Origin: Stellaceae bacterium | GTDB taxonomy: Bacteria; Pseudomonadota; Alphaproteobacteria; ATCC43930; CGMCC-115725 | Length of the DNA stretch: 55,724 nucleotides | Assembly: GCA_035275845.1 (NCBI GenBank) | Contig: DATEMD010000234.1 | Span: 1 to 55,724, forward strand | Direction: 5' to 3' | Shown: piece by piece, positions 19,392-28,950 of the stretch | Layout of the letters: every line of letters starts with the position of its first letter | How positions within the stretch are numbered: the first letter of the stretch is position 1 | The notes under the pieces: generated by a model | Databases searched by the model: none | The model's input: the letters and a program-made list of their open reading frames with translations, nothing else | Told to the model about the DNA's origin: nothing | Program-made: the position numbers and the translations under genes

Positions 19392-21032
19392 TTAGTCGGC
19401 GGCCGCGGCGTAGAGCGTGAGCGTCATGCGCTTGCCGTTGGAATAATCGATCCCGTCGACATGACCGAGCGCGCGCGCCGCGCGGCCCAATCCGGCGAGC
19501 GCGTGCCGGAAAGCATCGTCGTCGCGCGCCTCGACCAGCGCCAGACTGTCGGGCGCTGTCGCCAGATAGCGGGCGGCCGCCGCGGCATCGAGCGGCTTGG
19601 TGGTCGTGCCGAGCAGGAAGACCAAGCTCGGCTCGTCGTAGCCGACGACCGCGACAGGGGTTTCATGCTCGGGCCGCAGCTGTGTGACCAGCGCCGCGGC
19701 GCTGCGCGACAGCCAGAGGCGGTCGAGTGACGGCACGATCCGGCCGAAGCCCGGAGCCGCAACGATCAGCGCCAGGATGATTGCGCCGACGGCGAGGGTC
19801 GGCCGTGGGTTCGACCAGTAACGCCAGAGCAACGCACCGCCGCCGCCGAGCGCGATCAGTCCTGCGCTCACGCCGACCGGCGACGGTTCGGCGCCGAGAA
19901 GCGGCGGCGCCAGCGCAAGGGCGGCGGCCAGCGCCAGCGTCGCCACGGCCCACAGCGTCGCGACGACGATCCGCAACGCGCGCGGGCCGGTGTCGGCGTT
20001 GAACAGCGCGTGGGCGGCGAGCAGCGCCAATGCCGGCAGCAGCGGCAAGAGATAATGCGGCAGCTTGGTCGGCACGAGCTCGAGGGCGACCCAGAACGGC
20101 ACGATCCACGCAAGCAGGAAGCGCGGTATCGGCTGTTCGCGCTCTTGCCACGCGCGCCGTACGCCGGCGGCGGCAAACAGCGAGCCCGGCCAGAAGATCC
20201 CCGCCAGCAGCAGTAAATAGGTGCCGGGCGGCGCACCGTGGCTTTGTTGAACGCCGACGACCTTGCCGAAGAAATCGCTGCCGAGCGAGCCGGCGAGGAA
20301 GGTGTCATTCGTCGCACGCATCATCGCGATAAGCCACGGTCCGACCATGAGGATCGCCAACGGGATGCCCCACCAGGCGCGCAGCGCCTTGAGCCAGCCG
20401 GCCTGACGATCCGCAAGCAATAAGGCGGCGATGGTGAGCGCCGCAACGAGCGGCGCGACCGGCCCCTTGATCAACGCGCCCGCGCCGATCGCCGTCCAGA
20501 ATAGCAACGCCCACGACCACGCCACGGTCTGGCCGGCGCGGCCGGCGCGGTAAATTTCGGCCAGGGCCAGCTGCGCTGCGACGACACAGGCGAGCAACAC
20601 GGCATCGGTCTTGGCGAGATGCGCTTCGACCGTCAGGCTCAACGACGCCGCCAGCAGCGCCGCGCCAAGCAGCGCCGAAGGTGCGCCGACCAGATTGCGG
20701 CCGAGCGCGAAGGTCAGCAGGACCGCTGCGATCGCGCCGGCGAGCGATGGCAAGCGATAGGGCCAGATCGCCGGACTTGCCGCGTCGCTGGTGGTCGCAA
20801 CCGAAAGCGCCTGGAGCCAATAGATGCCGGCGGGCTTCTGGTTGCGAGCTTCGTTCTGGAACCGGATGTGCAGCCAGTCGCCGGTTTCGAGCATCTGGCG
20901 CGTCGCTTGCGCGAATCGCGCTTCGTCACGGTCGGTTGGCGGCAGCGCGGCGATGCCCGGAAGATAGAGCCCGAGGCATAAGAGGCTGAGCAGCAGAAAC
21001 GGCCGCCAGCCGGTGCTCCACCGGGCGATCAT
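19392..21032 (-). CDS. ArnT/PMT-like (GT39/GT83) polytopic membrane glycosyltransferase
   Basis: The first-loop motif is PPTDRDEARFAQATRQMLETGDWL...KPAGIYWLQA, followed by many TM segments. The ATG at 21032 overlaps the stop of the upstream ORF (ATGA). An alternative GTG lies at 21044. Confidence 0.8.
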   Translation of the reverse strand: MIARWSTGWRPFLLLSLLCLGLYLPGIAALPPTDRDEARFAQATRQMLETGDWLHIRFQNEARNQKPAGIYWLQALSVATTSDAASPAIWPYRLPSLAGAIAAVLLTFALGRNLVGAPSALLGAALLAASLSLTVEAHLAKTDAVLLACVVAAQLALAEIYRAGRAGQTVAWSWALLFWTAIGAGALIKGPVAPLVAALTIAALLLADRQAGWLKALRAWWGIPLAILMVGPWLIAMMRATNDTFLAGSLGSDFFGKVVGVQQSHGAPPGTYLLLLAGIFWPGSLFAAAGVRRAWQEREQPIPRFLLAWIVPFWVALELVPTKLPHYLLPLLPALALLAAHALFNADTGPRALRIVVATLWAVATLALAAALALAPPLLGAEPSPVGVSAGLIALGGGGALLWRYWSNPRPTLAVGAIILALIVAAPGFGRIVPSLDRLWLSRSAAALVTQLRPEHETPVAVVGYDEPSLVFLLGTTTKPLDAAAAARYLATAPDSLALVEARDDDAFRHALAGLGRAARALGHVDGIDYSNGKRMTLTLYAAAAD

Positions 21033-21664
21033 GGTGTCTGCCACGCGGACTGCCCGGCGACGTTGCCGTCGAGCGCTGCGAGCAGCGACGTGGTATCCGC
21101 GGCGCCATCCGCCGACGCGATCAACATCGGCAATGGCAGGTCAACATCCAATGGCCGCCAGGCAATCGCCGCGTCGGCACGAAACGCATCTGTCATCCAC
21201 GCGGCGCAGGCGAGCGCGGCATGACGCGGCGGCACGGTCGCGATACCGGCGGCGATCACCGCGACGGTCCCGAACCGCGACGCCGGAACGAGAAGGCGGC
21301 CGCAATCGACCTGCCCGGGGCGATAATGCGAATCGCGCTCCGCCACGCCCCAGCGCGCTGCGACAGCGTCGCGCAACGTCACTGGCAAACTCGCATAGAA
21401 CGCTGCGTAGTCGCTCAGCATGACGGCTTCGCCCTCGGTGGTATCGAGTTGTGCGTCGAGTCCGGTGGGGCCGTCGGGCAAGTCGGCGACGCCGTAGCCC
21501 GCAGCGGCCAAGGCGGCCAAGATCGCGAACACGTCGCGGCGATCGGAATCGGCCACAATCGCCAGTCGCCGCGCTGCGCGCGGCTTTCGGGCCAGAGCCA
21601 AAAGGCGGGGATCGGCGGTTTCGGGCATGGACGAGAGGGCCATATTTGGCGGGTTTTTAACCAT
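21029..21664 (-). CDS. Small CobN-like (cobaltochelatase large-subunit middle-region) degenerate protein
   Basis: RRLAIV..AILAALAAAGYGVADLP, DYAAFYASLP..LRDAVAARWG, LLVPASRFG.V.V, and VPPRHAALACAAWMTDAFRADAAI recall consecutive conserved CobN/ChlH blocks. The HxGxHGxLEWLPGK block is absent and the ORF is only about 210 aa. Its stop is coupled to the glycosyltransferase start. Confidence 0.45.
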   Translation of the reverse strand: MVKNPPNMALSSMPETADPRLLALARKPRAARRLAIVADSDRRDVFAILAALAAAGYGVADLPDGPTGLDAQLDTTEGEAVMLSDYAAFYASLPVTLRDAVAARWGVAERDSHYRPGQVDCGRLLVPASRFGTVAVIAAGIATVPPRHAALACAAWMTDAFRADAAIAWRPLDVDLPLPMLIASADGAADTTSLLAALDGNVAGQSAWQTP

Positions 21665-21720
21665 TAACCCGCAGGCTGCGGGTGACGAATCGTGCAACGG
21701 CGTCCGCCGCAGGGGTCAAG

Positions 21721-21969
21721 GTGGCTGAATTCCGCTGTTATCTGCTCGATCAGAATCGCAAGGTCATGGCGATCGAGACCATTCGCGCCTTGGCGTTGCC
21801 GCGTGCCGTGACCAAAGGCATTCTCGCCGCCGCCGCACGTCAAGCCACGACCTTCGAGCTGTGGCGTAACAATCTGTGCGTTTACACCTACGAACCGCCA
21901 AGCGCGCTGCCAGCGCGGATGCAGCCAACGGCGCCTTCCGCCAACCCGCACGACACGGCCGACCGCTGA
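21721..21969 (+). CDS. Hypothetical small protein
   Basis: The GTG at 21721 lies 6 nt after AGGGG and the product reads MAEFRCYLLDQNRKVMAIETIR.. I recognise no family. The longer track start is 21682. Confidence 0.35.
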   Translation: MAEFRCYLLDQNRKVMAIETIRALALPRAVTKGILAAAARQATTFELWRNNLCVYTYEPPSALPARMQPTAPSANPHDTADR

Positions 21970-21987
21970 CCGGCGCATCGCGCGGCG

Positions 21988-22776
21988 CTAGCTCCAGGCC
22001 GCGGCAACCAACAGCACGGCAATCTCGCCTGCCTGCTCGACGGCGCTCAACGTGTCGGCGGTGAAGCCGCCGACACGACGTTGCGCGGCATGACTCGCTG
22101 CTGCCATCGCGGCCGCGCCGACGATGATCGCCACCAACCCGGCCTTGATCCCGAGTGCCAAGAGCGCCAGGACCAGCGCAATCGCCGCTGCCGTGGCGAC
22201 ATTCGTCGTCTCCGGGCGGCCCGCTTCGGCCGCCCAATCGCCCGATGCTGCGGGCTCGCCCCAGCGCAGCGCCGCCGGCAGCAAGCCGCGCGCGATCGCG
22301 TGGCAGGCGACCAATGCGCCACTGACGCCGGCGGTGCCGAACGTCGCGCCAACGGCAAAGAGCGCGCCCGCGCGTAAACCGACGCTCAAGACGATCGCCA
22401 GCACGCCGAGCGCGCCATTAGGTCCGTCGCGCATGAGCCGCAGCCGGTCGTTGAGATCGGTGCCGCGCCCCAGGCCTTCGATCGCGCGAGCGAGACCGTC
22501 TTCATGCTGGCCGCCTGTGACCAGCGCCGTCGTCGCCACCGCCAGCAGCGCCGCTGCCGGCACCGGCACGCCAAGTCGCGCAACAATCGCGTAAGCCAGC
22601 GCGCCGCAGACGCCGACCACCAGCCCGGTTAACGGGAACGCCCAACTCGCGGCTGCGAGCTCGCCGAGCGCCGGTGCCGGTCGGTCGCCCCAGACCAGCC
22701 GCGTAAAGAAGGTCAATGCCACGCGTGCGTCCGCACGTCGGGCCGGCCAGTCGCGCGTCAAATCGTCGAGATTCAT
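21988..22776 (-). CDS. cobS: Adenosylcobinamide-GDP ribazoletransferase (cobalamin synthase)
   Basis: LTFFTRL, TGGQHEDGLARA (the GxxHxDGLAD-like motif), and a multi-TM protein of about 260 aa. The ATG at 22776 is chosen. Confidence 0.85.
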   Translation of the reverse strand: MNLDDLTRDWPARRADARVALTFFTRLVWGDRPAPALGELAAASWAFPLTGLVVGVCGALAYAIVARLGVPVPAAALLAVATTALVTGGQHEDGLARAIEGLGRGTDLNDRLRLMRDGPNGALGVLAIVLSVGLRAGALFAVGATFGTAGVSGALVACHAIARGLLPAALRWGEPAASGDWAAEAGRPETTNVATAAAIALVLALLALGIKAGLVAIIVGAAAMAAASHAAQRRVGGFTADTLSAVEQAGEIAVLLVAAAWS

Positions 22777-22858
22777 GGCTGTGATTCTAACGGCAAGGCT
22801 GCCCGGTGCGCCAGTCACCGCGCGTTGGCCGCATCAGCGCGCGGTGTATAATAAGCCG

Positions 22859-24247
22859 ATGGCAAACATCGGCGAAAAACCCAGCCCGTTCAAGGCGGAA
22901 GCGGCACTTCAGCCCGCTCTACGCAACGACGTCGCCGTCAGCTTGCGCATATTGGTGTTGATCCGCTGGGTCGCGGTCATCGGCCAGGCGGCGACGCTGT
23001 TGGTGGTGCATGAGGTTCTGGGTTTCGCGCTGCCGTTGACGGCGGCGCTCGGGGTCGTTGCCATCTCGGCGCTGCTCAACGTCGTGGCCTGGATCTCGAA
23101 CCGCGCCGCGGCGCGGCTCGGTAACCGCGAGGCGGCGATCTATCTCGCTTTCGACACGTTGCAGCTCGGCGTGTTGCTGTTCCTCACCGGCGGATTACAG
23201 AATCCATTCGCCATCCTGATGCTGGCGCCCGCGACGGTTTCGGCCACCATCCTAACCCGGCGCACCGTTGCCGGCCTGTCGGCGCTTACCGTTGTCGCCA
23301 TCACGGTACTGGCGCTGGCGCACCTGCCGCTGCCGGCGCCGCCCGGCGGGACGATCGAGCCGGCGCCGATCTACGTTCTCGGCATGTGGGTGGCGTTGGT
23401 GTCGTCGAGTCTGTTCATCACCGGCTACAACTGGTTCGTTGCCGAGGAGGCGCGCCGCATGCGCGACGCCTATGCGGCGACTCAACTCGCCCTGGCGCGC
23501 GAACAGCGGGTCGCGGCCGTCGGCGCGCTGGCCGCCGCCGCTGCGCACCAGCTCGGCAGCCCGTTGGCAACGATCGCGGTCATCGCCAAGGAGCTGGTGC
23601 GCGATCTGCCGAAGAACAGCCCCATTGCCGAGGATGCTCAGCTCCTGCTGAGCCAGAGCGAGCGCTGCCGGATGATCCTGGCCGATCTCGGCCGTGCCCG
23701 CGAAGGCGAGGCGATGCCTTTCAATCGCATGCCGTTTTCGGCGATCGTGCAATCGGCCGGCGAGCCGCATCACCGCGCCGGCGTGCGCGTCGTGCACGAT
23801 ATCGGCGCCGGCCGCGATCCGGCGGGCGGTGCGGTCGCCGAACCGGTGGTGCCGCGCACGCCTGAGGTCCTGCACGGGCTCGGCAATCTGCTCGGCAACG
23901 CCATCGATTTCGCGCGTAGCGAGGTGACGGTGACGACGAGTTGGAGCGAAGATACCGTCGCCGTCGATATCGTCGACGACGGGCCGGGCTTTCCACCGCC
24001 GCTCTTGTCGCGCGTCGGACAACCGTATATCTCCGCCCGTGCCGACGTCGGCGCGCACATGGGGCTCGGCATCTTCATTGCCCAAAGCCTGCTCGAGCGT
24101 ACCGGCGCGCGCTTGTCCTTCGACAACATGACGGACGGCGGCGCGCATGTCGTGGTGGAATGGCGGCGGTCGCAACTCGAGGGTGACGAATATCGCGCGG
24201 AAACGGCAACGGGAACGGGCGCTTCAATGACGGTGGCGGCAAAATGA
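22859..24247 (+). CDS. regB: Redox-sensing histidine kinase RegB/PrrB/ActS
   Basis: Six N-terminal TM segments, the quinone-site heptapeptide GGLQNPF, H-box AAAAHQLGSPLATI, and a redox-box Cys in SQSERCRMIL. N and G boxes are also present (GNLLGNAIDF, DDGPGF, GLGIFIA). Confidence 0.9.
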   Translation: MANIGEKPSPFKAEAALQPALRNDVAVSLRILVLIRWVAVIGQAATLLVVHEVLGFALPLTAALGVVAISALLNVVAWISNRAAARLGNREAAIYLAFDTLQLGVLLFLTGGLQNPFAILMLAPATVSATILTRRTVAGLSALTVVAITVLALAHLPLPAPPGGTIEPAPIYVLGMWVALVSSSLFITGYNWFVAEEARRMRDAYAATQLALAREQRVAAVGALAAAAAHQLGSPLATIAVIAKELVRDLPKNSPIAEDAQLLLSQSERCRMILADLGRAREGEAMPFNRMPFSAIVQSAGEPHHRAGVRVVHDIGAGRDPAGGAVAEPVVPRTPEVLHGLGNLLGNAIDFARSEVTVTTSWSEDTVAVDIVDDGPGFPPPLLSRVGQPYISARADVGAHMGLGIFIAQSLLERTGARLSFDNMTDGGAHVVVEWRRSQLEGDEYRAETATGTGASMTVAAK

Positions 24248-24831
24248 ACGACGGCAAGAGCGACATTCAGATGAATCCGGCGTTGGCTGGGCTGCCCGAA
24301 GGCGAGCGCACGTTGCTCATCGTCGATGACGATGCGCCGCTCTGCCAGCGGCTGGCGCGGGCGATGGAGCGGCGCGGCTTCGTCGTCGCTACCGCGGAGT
24401 CCGTCGCCGCCGGCGTGCAAGCCGTCGAAAGTGCGCCGTCGGCCTTCGCCGTCGTTGATCTGCGCCTGACCGATGGTAGCGGCCTCGACGTCGTCAAGGC
24501 GTTGCGCAAGGCGCGGCCGAGCGCGCGCGTCGTCATGCTCACCGGTTACGGCAACATCGCGACCGCGGTCGCTGCGGTGAAGGCTGGTGCGGTCGACTAT
24601 ATCCCCAAACCGGTCGATGCCGACGCGGTCGAACGTGCGCTGCTGGCCACCGCCGACAGCAGTCTGCCGCCGCCGCCCGAGGATCCGATGTCGGCCGATC
24701 GCGTGCGCTGGGAACATATCCAGCGCGTCTTCGAGCAATGCGACCGCAACGTTTCCGAGACTGCACGCCGCTTGAAGATGCACCGCCGCACCTTGCAGCG
24801 CATCTTGGGCAAGCACGCGCCGCGGAGCTGA
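24244..24831 (+). CDS. regA: Response regulator RegA/PrrA/ActR
   Basis: Receiver domain LLIVDDD...VVDLRL.DGSGLD...TGYG.IATAV.A.K.GA.DY..KP and the invariant HTH NVSETARRLKMHRRTLQRIL. It has an ATGA overlap with regB. Confidence 0.93.
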   Translation: MNDGKSDIQMNPALAGLPEGERTLLIVDDDAPLCQRLARAMERRGFVVATAESVAAGVQAVESAPSAFAVVDLRLTDGSGLDVVKALRKARPSARVVMLTGYGNIATAVAAVKAGAVDYIPKPVDADAVERALLATADSSLPPPPEDPMSADRVRWEHIQRVFEQCDRNVSETARRLKMHRRTLQRILGKHAPRS

Positions 24832-24834
24832 GCG

Positions 24835-25590
24835 TTACGTCTGGATGAAGCGCCGCTCGGCGCCCTCGAGCACCAGCGCGGTCAGCGTGCCAGTGGCGAA
24901 AGCGCCGGTGTCGATGGCGATGCGATTGGCGTGCTGCTCCGGCGTTTCGACGATGGTGTGGCCGTGCACGACGCAAACGCCGAAATCGTCGGCCGATTCC
25001 AGGAATTCGTTGCGGATCCATAACAGGTCTTCGGCCTGCTGTTCGGCAAGCGCGACGCCTGGCTTGATTCCGGCGTGGACGAACAGATAGTCGCCTTCCG
25101 TGTGCGTGAGTTTCAGGCCGCGCAGGAAGTCGAAATGCGCGGGCGGAAACTTGTCGGCCAACGCGTGATGCGCGGTTTCAAAATCGGCCGCGCGCGGGGT
25201 AAAACCCACCGGCGGCCGCACGCCGTAACTCGCCAGCGTTGCAAGGCCGCCGTAGGCACACCAATACGGTCCGACTTCGGCGTGTTCGAGGAATTGCAGC
25301 AGGTAGTCCTCATGATTGCCGAGAAGACGAACCCGCTCGAAGCCGGGCGGCGGTGGCTGCAACAATAATTCGATCACACCACGGGAGTCCGGCCCGCGGT
25401 CGATATAGTCGCCGAGATAGACGATCACCTGACGACGTGCCGGAGCCGCCGCGGCGTCGGCTGTAATGAGCGCGTGCAGCTGGGTCAAAAGGTCGAGCCG
25501 ACCGTGCACGTCGCCGATGGCGTAAATCCGCGAGCCGGCGGGCACTGTCGGCGCCGCGGCGGCAGCGCTATGGCCATCGTTCCTACCCAT
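24835..25590 (-). CDS. Metallophosphoesterase (lambda/PrpA-like Ser/Thr phosphatase family)
   Basis: IYAIGDVHGR, LGDYIDRGPDS, LLGNHE, FVHAG, and VHGHT motifs. Confidence 0.85.
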   Translation of the reverse strand: MGRNDGHSAAAAAPTVPAGSRIYAIGDVHGRLDLLTQLHALITADAAAAPARRQVIVYLGDYIDRGPDSRGVIELLLQPPPPGFERVRLLGNHEDYLLQFLEHAEVGPYWCAYGGLATLASYGVRPPVGFTPRAADFETAHHALADKFPPAHFDFLRGLKLTHTEGDYLFVHAGIKPGVALAEQQAEDLLWIRNEFLESADDFGVCVVHGHTIVETPEQHANRIAIDTGAFATGTLTALVLEGAERRFIQT

Positions 25591-25663
25591 ACCCTTTAAT
25601 ATAGCCGGCCATAACCGGTTTTGCTTGCCTCGGACTGGGATTCGCCATCATAAACAGGGCTCT

Positions 25664-27118
25664 ATGGCAGAGACGGATCTCATCGGGTTGGTCGAGGCAT
25701 TCGGCCGCGCACGGGTGATTTGCGCCGGCGATGTCATGCTCGATCATTACGTGACCGGCCGGGTTGAACGCATTTCGCCCGAAGCGCCGGTGCCGGTGCT
25801 GCATGTCGCAAGCGAAGAGCGGCGCCTCGGCGGCGCCGGCAACGTACTGCGGAATCTGCACGCACTGGGCGCCGAGACCTGCTTCGTCTCCGTCACCGGC
25901 GCCGATACGGCCGGCCACGAAATTGCACGCATGGTCGCGGCCGTAGGCAATGCCGAGGCGCACGTCCTGGCCGAGCGCGACCGCGCGACCTCCGTCAAGA
26001 CGCGCTACGTCGCGGATACGCAACAGCTGCTGCGCGCCGACCACGAACGCATTGCGCCGATCTCGGCGCAAACCCGGTCCGACCTGCTGACGCAGATCAA
26101 AGCTTCGCTGCCGTATCACGAAGCGGTCATCCTGTCGGATTATGCCAAAGGCGTCCTCGTCGGCGGTGTCGCTCGCGACATCATCGATCTGGCGCGCGCT
26201 GCCGGGCGCAAAGTCATCGTCGATCCCAAGGGCCATGACTACGCGATTTATCAAGGCGCCAGCGTGTTGAAGCCCAACCGGCGTGAGCTCGCCGAAGCCG
26301 TGGGTCATGCGCTGGCCGACGATGACGCGGTGGTTGCCGCGGCGCGCGAATTGATCCGCCGGCACGGTTTCGGCGCCATGCTGGTGTCGTGCGGCAAGGA
26401 CGGCATGCTGGTGATCGACGGCTCGGACGTCCATCGGCTTGCCGCCGAGGCGCGCGAGGTTTTCGACGTTTCGGGCGCGGGCGACACCGTCGTTGCGGTG
26501 CTCGGTGCGGCGCTTGCGGCCGGTGCGAGCCTGGTGGACGCGGCGCGTGCCGCCAACGTCGCCGCCGGCATCGTCGTCGGCAAGGTCGGCACCGCCGTCG
26601 TCCACGCCAGCGAACTGGCGGAAGTGCTGGTCGACCGCGACACGCTCAAGAACCGCAAGGAGCTGCCGTTGGCGCTGGCGGTCGATCATGTCGCGCGCTG
26701 GCGCCGCAACGGCCTCAAGATCGGCTTCACCAACGGTTGCTTCGATTTGATTCATCCCGGCCATGTTTCGCTGTTGACTGAAGCGCGCGCCGCCTGCGAC
26801 CGGCTGGTGGTCGGCCTCAACAGCGACGCGTCGGTACGGCGACTCAAAGGGCCGGAACGACCGGTGCAGAATGAAGCCGCGCGCGCCGCCGTGCTCGCCT
26901 CGCTCGCGCCGGTCGACATGGTCGTGATCTTCGACGCCGAGACGCCGGTCGACCTCATCCGCGAATTGCGGCCCGACGTGCTGATCAAGGGCGCGGATTA
27001 TCGCCACGACCAGGTCGTCGGCGCCGACATCGTCGAATCCTATGGCGGTCAGGTGCTGCTGGCTAAGCTCGTGCCTGGCTTCAGCACGACGGCGACGATT
27101 GCCCGCGCCGCGCGCTGA
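25664..27118 (+). CDS. hldE: Bifunctional D-beta-D-heptose 7-phosphate kinase / heptose 1-phosphate adenylyltransferase
   Basis: An N-terminal ribokinase-like domain (GGAGNV, DVSGAGDTVVA) and a C-terminal cytidylyltransferase domain (GFTNGCFDLIHPGHV). The ATG at 25664 is chosen; the track TTG at 25625 is over-extended. Confidence 0.92.
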   Translation: MAETDLIGLVEAFGRARVICAGDVMLDHYVTGRVERISPEAPVPVLHVASEERRLGGAGNVLRNLHALGAETCFVSVTGADTAGHEIARMVAAVGNAEAHVLAERDRATSVKTRYVADTQQLLRADHERIAPISAQTRSDLLTQIKASLPYHEAVILSDYAKGVLVGGVARDIIDLARAAGRKVIVDPKGHDYAIYQGASVLKPNRRELAEAVGHALADDDAVVAAARELIRRHGFGAMLVSCGKDGMLVIDGSDVHRLAAEAREVFDVSGAGDTVVAVLGAALAAGASLVDAARAANVAAGIVVGKVGTAVVHASELAEVLVDRDTLKNRKELPLALAVDHVARWRRNGLKIGFTNGCFDLIHPGHVSLLTEARAACDRLVVGLNSDASVRRLKGPERPVQNEAARAAVLASLAPVDMVVIFDAETPVDLIRELRPDVLIKGADYRHDQVVGADIVESYGGQVLLAKLVPGFSTTATIARAAR

Positions 27119-27179
27119 CGCTGCCGGATGAGGCGTAACGAGTGATCCTAAGTCCGGTCAGGTGGCGCGGAACGCAGCG

Positions 27180-28901
27180 ATGAACGGCAAACGACGGACG
27201 ATGCTCCGCCTCGCCTGGCGCCTGGCACGGCCTTATTGGTCGTCGGAGGAGAAGCGCATTGCCTGGGCGCTGCTGATCGCCGTCGTCGCGCTCAATCTCG
27301 GCAACGTCTACGTCTCGGTCCGTATCAATGCGTGGAACAACGCGTTCTACAACGCGCTCCAGGAATTCAACGCACCGGAATTCTTTAAACAGCTCGGAAT
27401 CTTCTGCGTTCTGGCCGCTGCCAGCATCGTGATGTCGGTTTACGCGGTCTATCTCCAGCAGATGCTCCAGATCCGTTGGCGGCGTTGGCTGACCGGCCAC
27501 TATCTCGACCGTTGGCTCGGTGACCGGCGCTATTACCGGCTGCAACTCGACCGGACCATCACCGACAACCCCGACCAGCGTATCGCCGACGATCTACGGC
27601 TCTACGTCTCCTACGTCGCGACGCTCGCGCTCGGGCTGTTGAGCTCGGTCGTGTCATTGGCGTCTTTCATGGTCATCCTGGTTGGCTTGTCGGGGCCGGC
27701 CGCGATTCCGCTCGGCTCGCTCGGGACCGTTCACATTCCCGCCTATCTCGCCTGGGCCGCGCTCGTTTACGCCGGTTTGGGGACCTGGCTAACCGTCAAG
27801 ATCGGCCGGCCGCTGGTGCCGCTCAATTTTGCGCAGCAGCGCTTTGAAGCCGACTTCCGTTACAGCTTGGTTCGCCTGCGCGAGAACGCCGAGAGTGTCG
27901 CGCTTTATGGCGGCGAGCCGCCCGAACGCGAAACCTTTGACGGACGGTTCGGCAACCTCTTCGATAATTTCTGGCGCATCATGCTGCGGCAGAAAAAACT
28001 CAACTGGTTCACGTCGGGTTATTCGCAGGTGGCGGCGGTCTTTCCGGTTCTCGTGGTGTCGCCGCGTTATTTCGCCAAGCAGATCCAGATGGGCGGCCTG
28101 TTCCAGGTGGTCGATGCCTTCAGCAACGTGCAAAGCTCGTTGTCGTTCATCATCAATTCGTTCACCGACATCGCGACGTGGGTCGCCGTCACCGAACGTC
28201 TCACGACCTTCGAGCAGCGCATGGGCGAGATCGAGGCCGGCTTGCGCGCGCCCCAGCCGATCCGACTCCATCGCGAAGGCGTTGGCATCGACATCCGTGA
28301 TCTCGATCTCAATCTGCCGGACGGCGCGCCGCTGGTGCGCGGTGTGTCGCTGCACGTCGAGCCCGGCAGCTCGCTGCTGATCACCGGTCCGTCCGGCACC
28401 GGCAAGTCGACCTTGCTGCGCGCTGCCGCCGGTATCTGGCCTTATGGCCGTGGCGATGTTCGTCTCGGCGCCGGCCGGACCTTCTTCATGCCGCAGCGGC
28501 CCTACTTCCCGCTCGGCACCCTCAAGCAAGCGCTGGCCTATCCTGCGCTCGAAAGCGCGGTCGACGACGCTCGCATGACCGAAGCACTCGAGCAGGTTGG
28601 CCTCGGGGCGCTGACGGCCAATCTGGCCGACGACCAAAACTGGCCGCTGCGCCTGTCACTCGGCGAGCAGCAACGCGTCGCCTTTGCGCGCGTGTTCCTG
28701 GCGCATCCCGATCTCATTTTCCTCGATGAGGCCAGTTCGGCGGTCGACGAAGACGACGAGGCGCGGCTCTATCGCTTGCTGCGTAGCCGTCATCCCGACG
28801 CGGCCATCGTCAGCGTCGGCCACCGCGAAAGCCTCAAGGCGCTGCACGACCGTGTCGTCGATCTCACGCGCTTCCACGCCGGCGCGCTCGTCGCGGAATA
28901 G
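27180..28901 (+). CDS. SbmA/BacA-type TMD fused to an ABC ATPase (YddA/BclA/Rv1819c-like transporter)
   Basis: YWSSEEK...NAWNNAFYNALQ, DNPDQRIADDL, Walker A GPSGTGKST, signature LSLGEQQR, and Walker B LIFLDEASSAVD. The start is the ATG at 27180 or the GTG at 27162. Confidence 0.85.
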   Translation: MNGKRRTMLRLAWRLARPYWSSEEKRIAWALLIAVVALNLGNVYVSVRINAWNNAFYNALQEFNAPEFFKQLGIFCVLAAASIVMSVYAVYLQQMLQIRWRRWLTGHYLDRWLGDRRYYRLQLDRTITDNPDQRIADDLRLYVSYVATLALGLLSSVVSLASFMVILVGLSGPAAIPLGSLGTVHIPAYLAWAALVYAGLGTWLTVKIGRPLVPLNFAQQRFEADFRYSLVRLRENAESVALYGGEPPERETFDGRFGNLFDNFWRIMLRQKKLNWFTSGYSQVAAVFPVLVVSPRYFAKQIQMGGLFQVVDAFSNVQSSLSFIINSFTDIATWVAVTERLTTFEQRMGEIEAGLRAPQPIRLHREGVGIDIRDLDLNLPDGAPLVRGVSLHVEPGSSLLITGPSGTGKSTLLRAAAGIWPYGRGDVRLGAGRTFFMPQRPYFPLGTLKQALAYPALESAVDDARMTEALEQVGLGALTANLADDQNWPLRLSLGEQQRVAFARVFLAHPDLIFLDEASSAVDEDDEARLYRLLRSRHPDAAIVSVGHRESLKALHDRVVDLTRFHAGALVAE

Positions 28902-28950
28902 TTGCGCTTTGCCGCCAAGCCGTTACAACGAACCGCCAAAGGGAGCCGGC

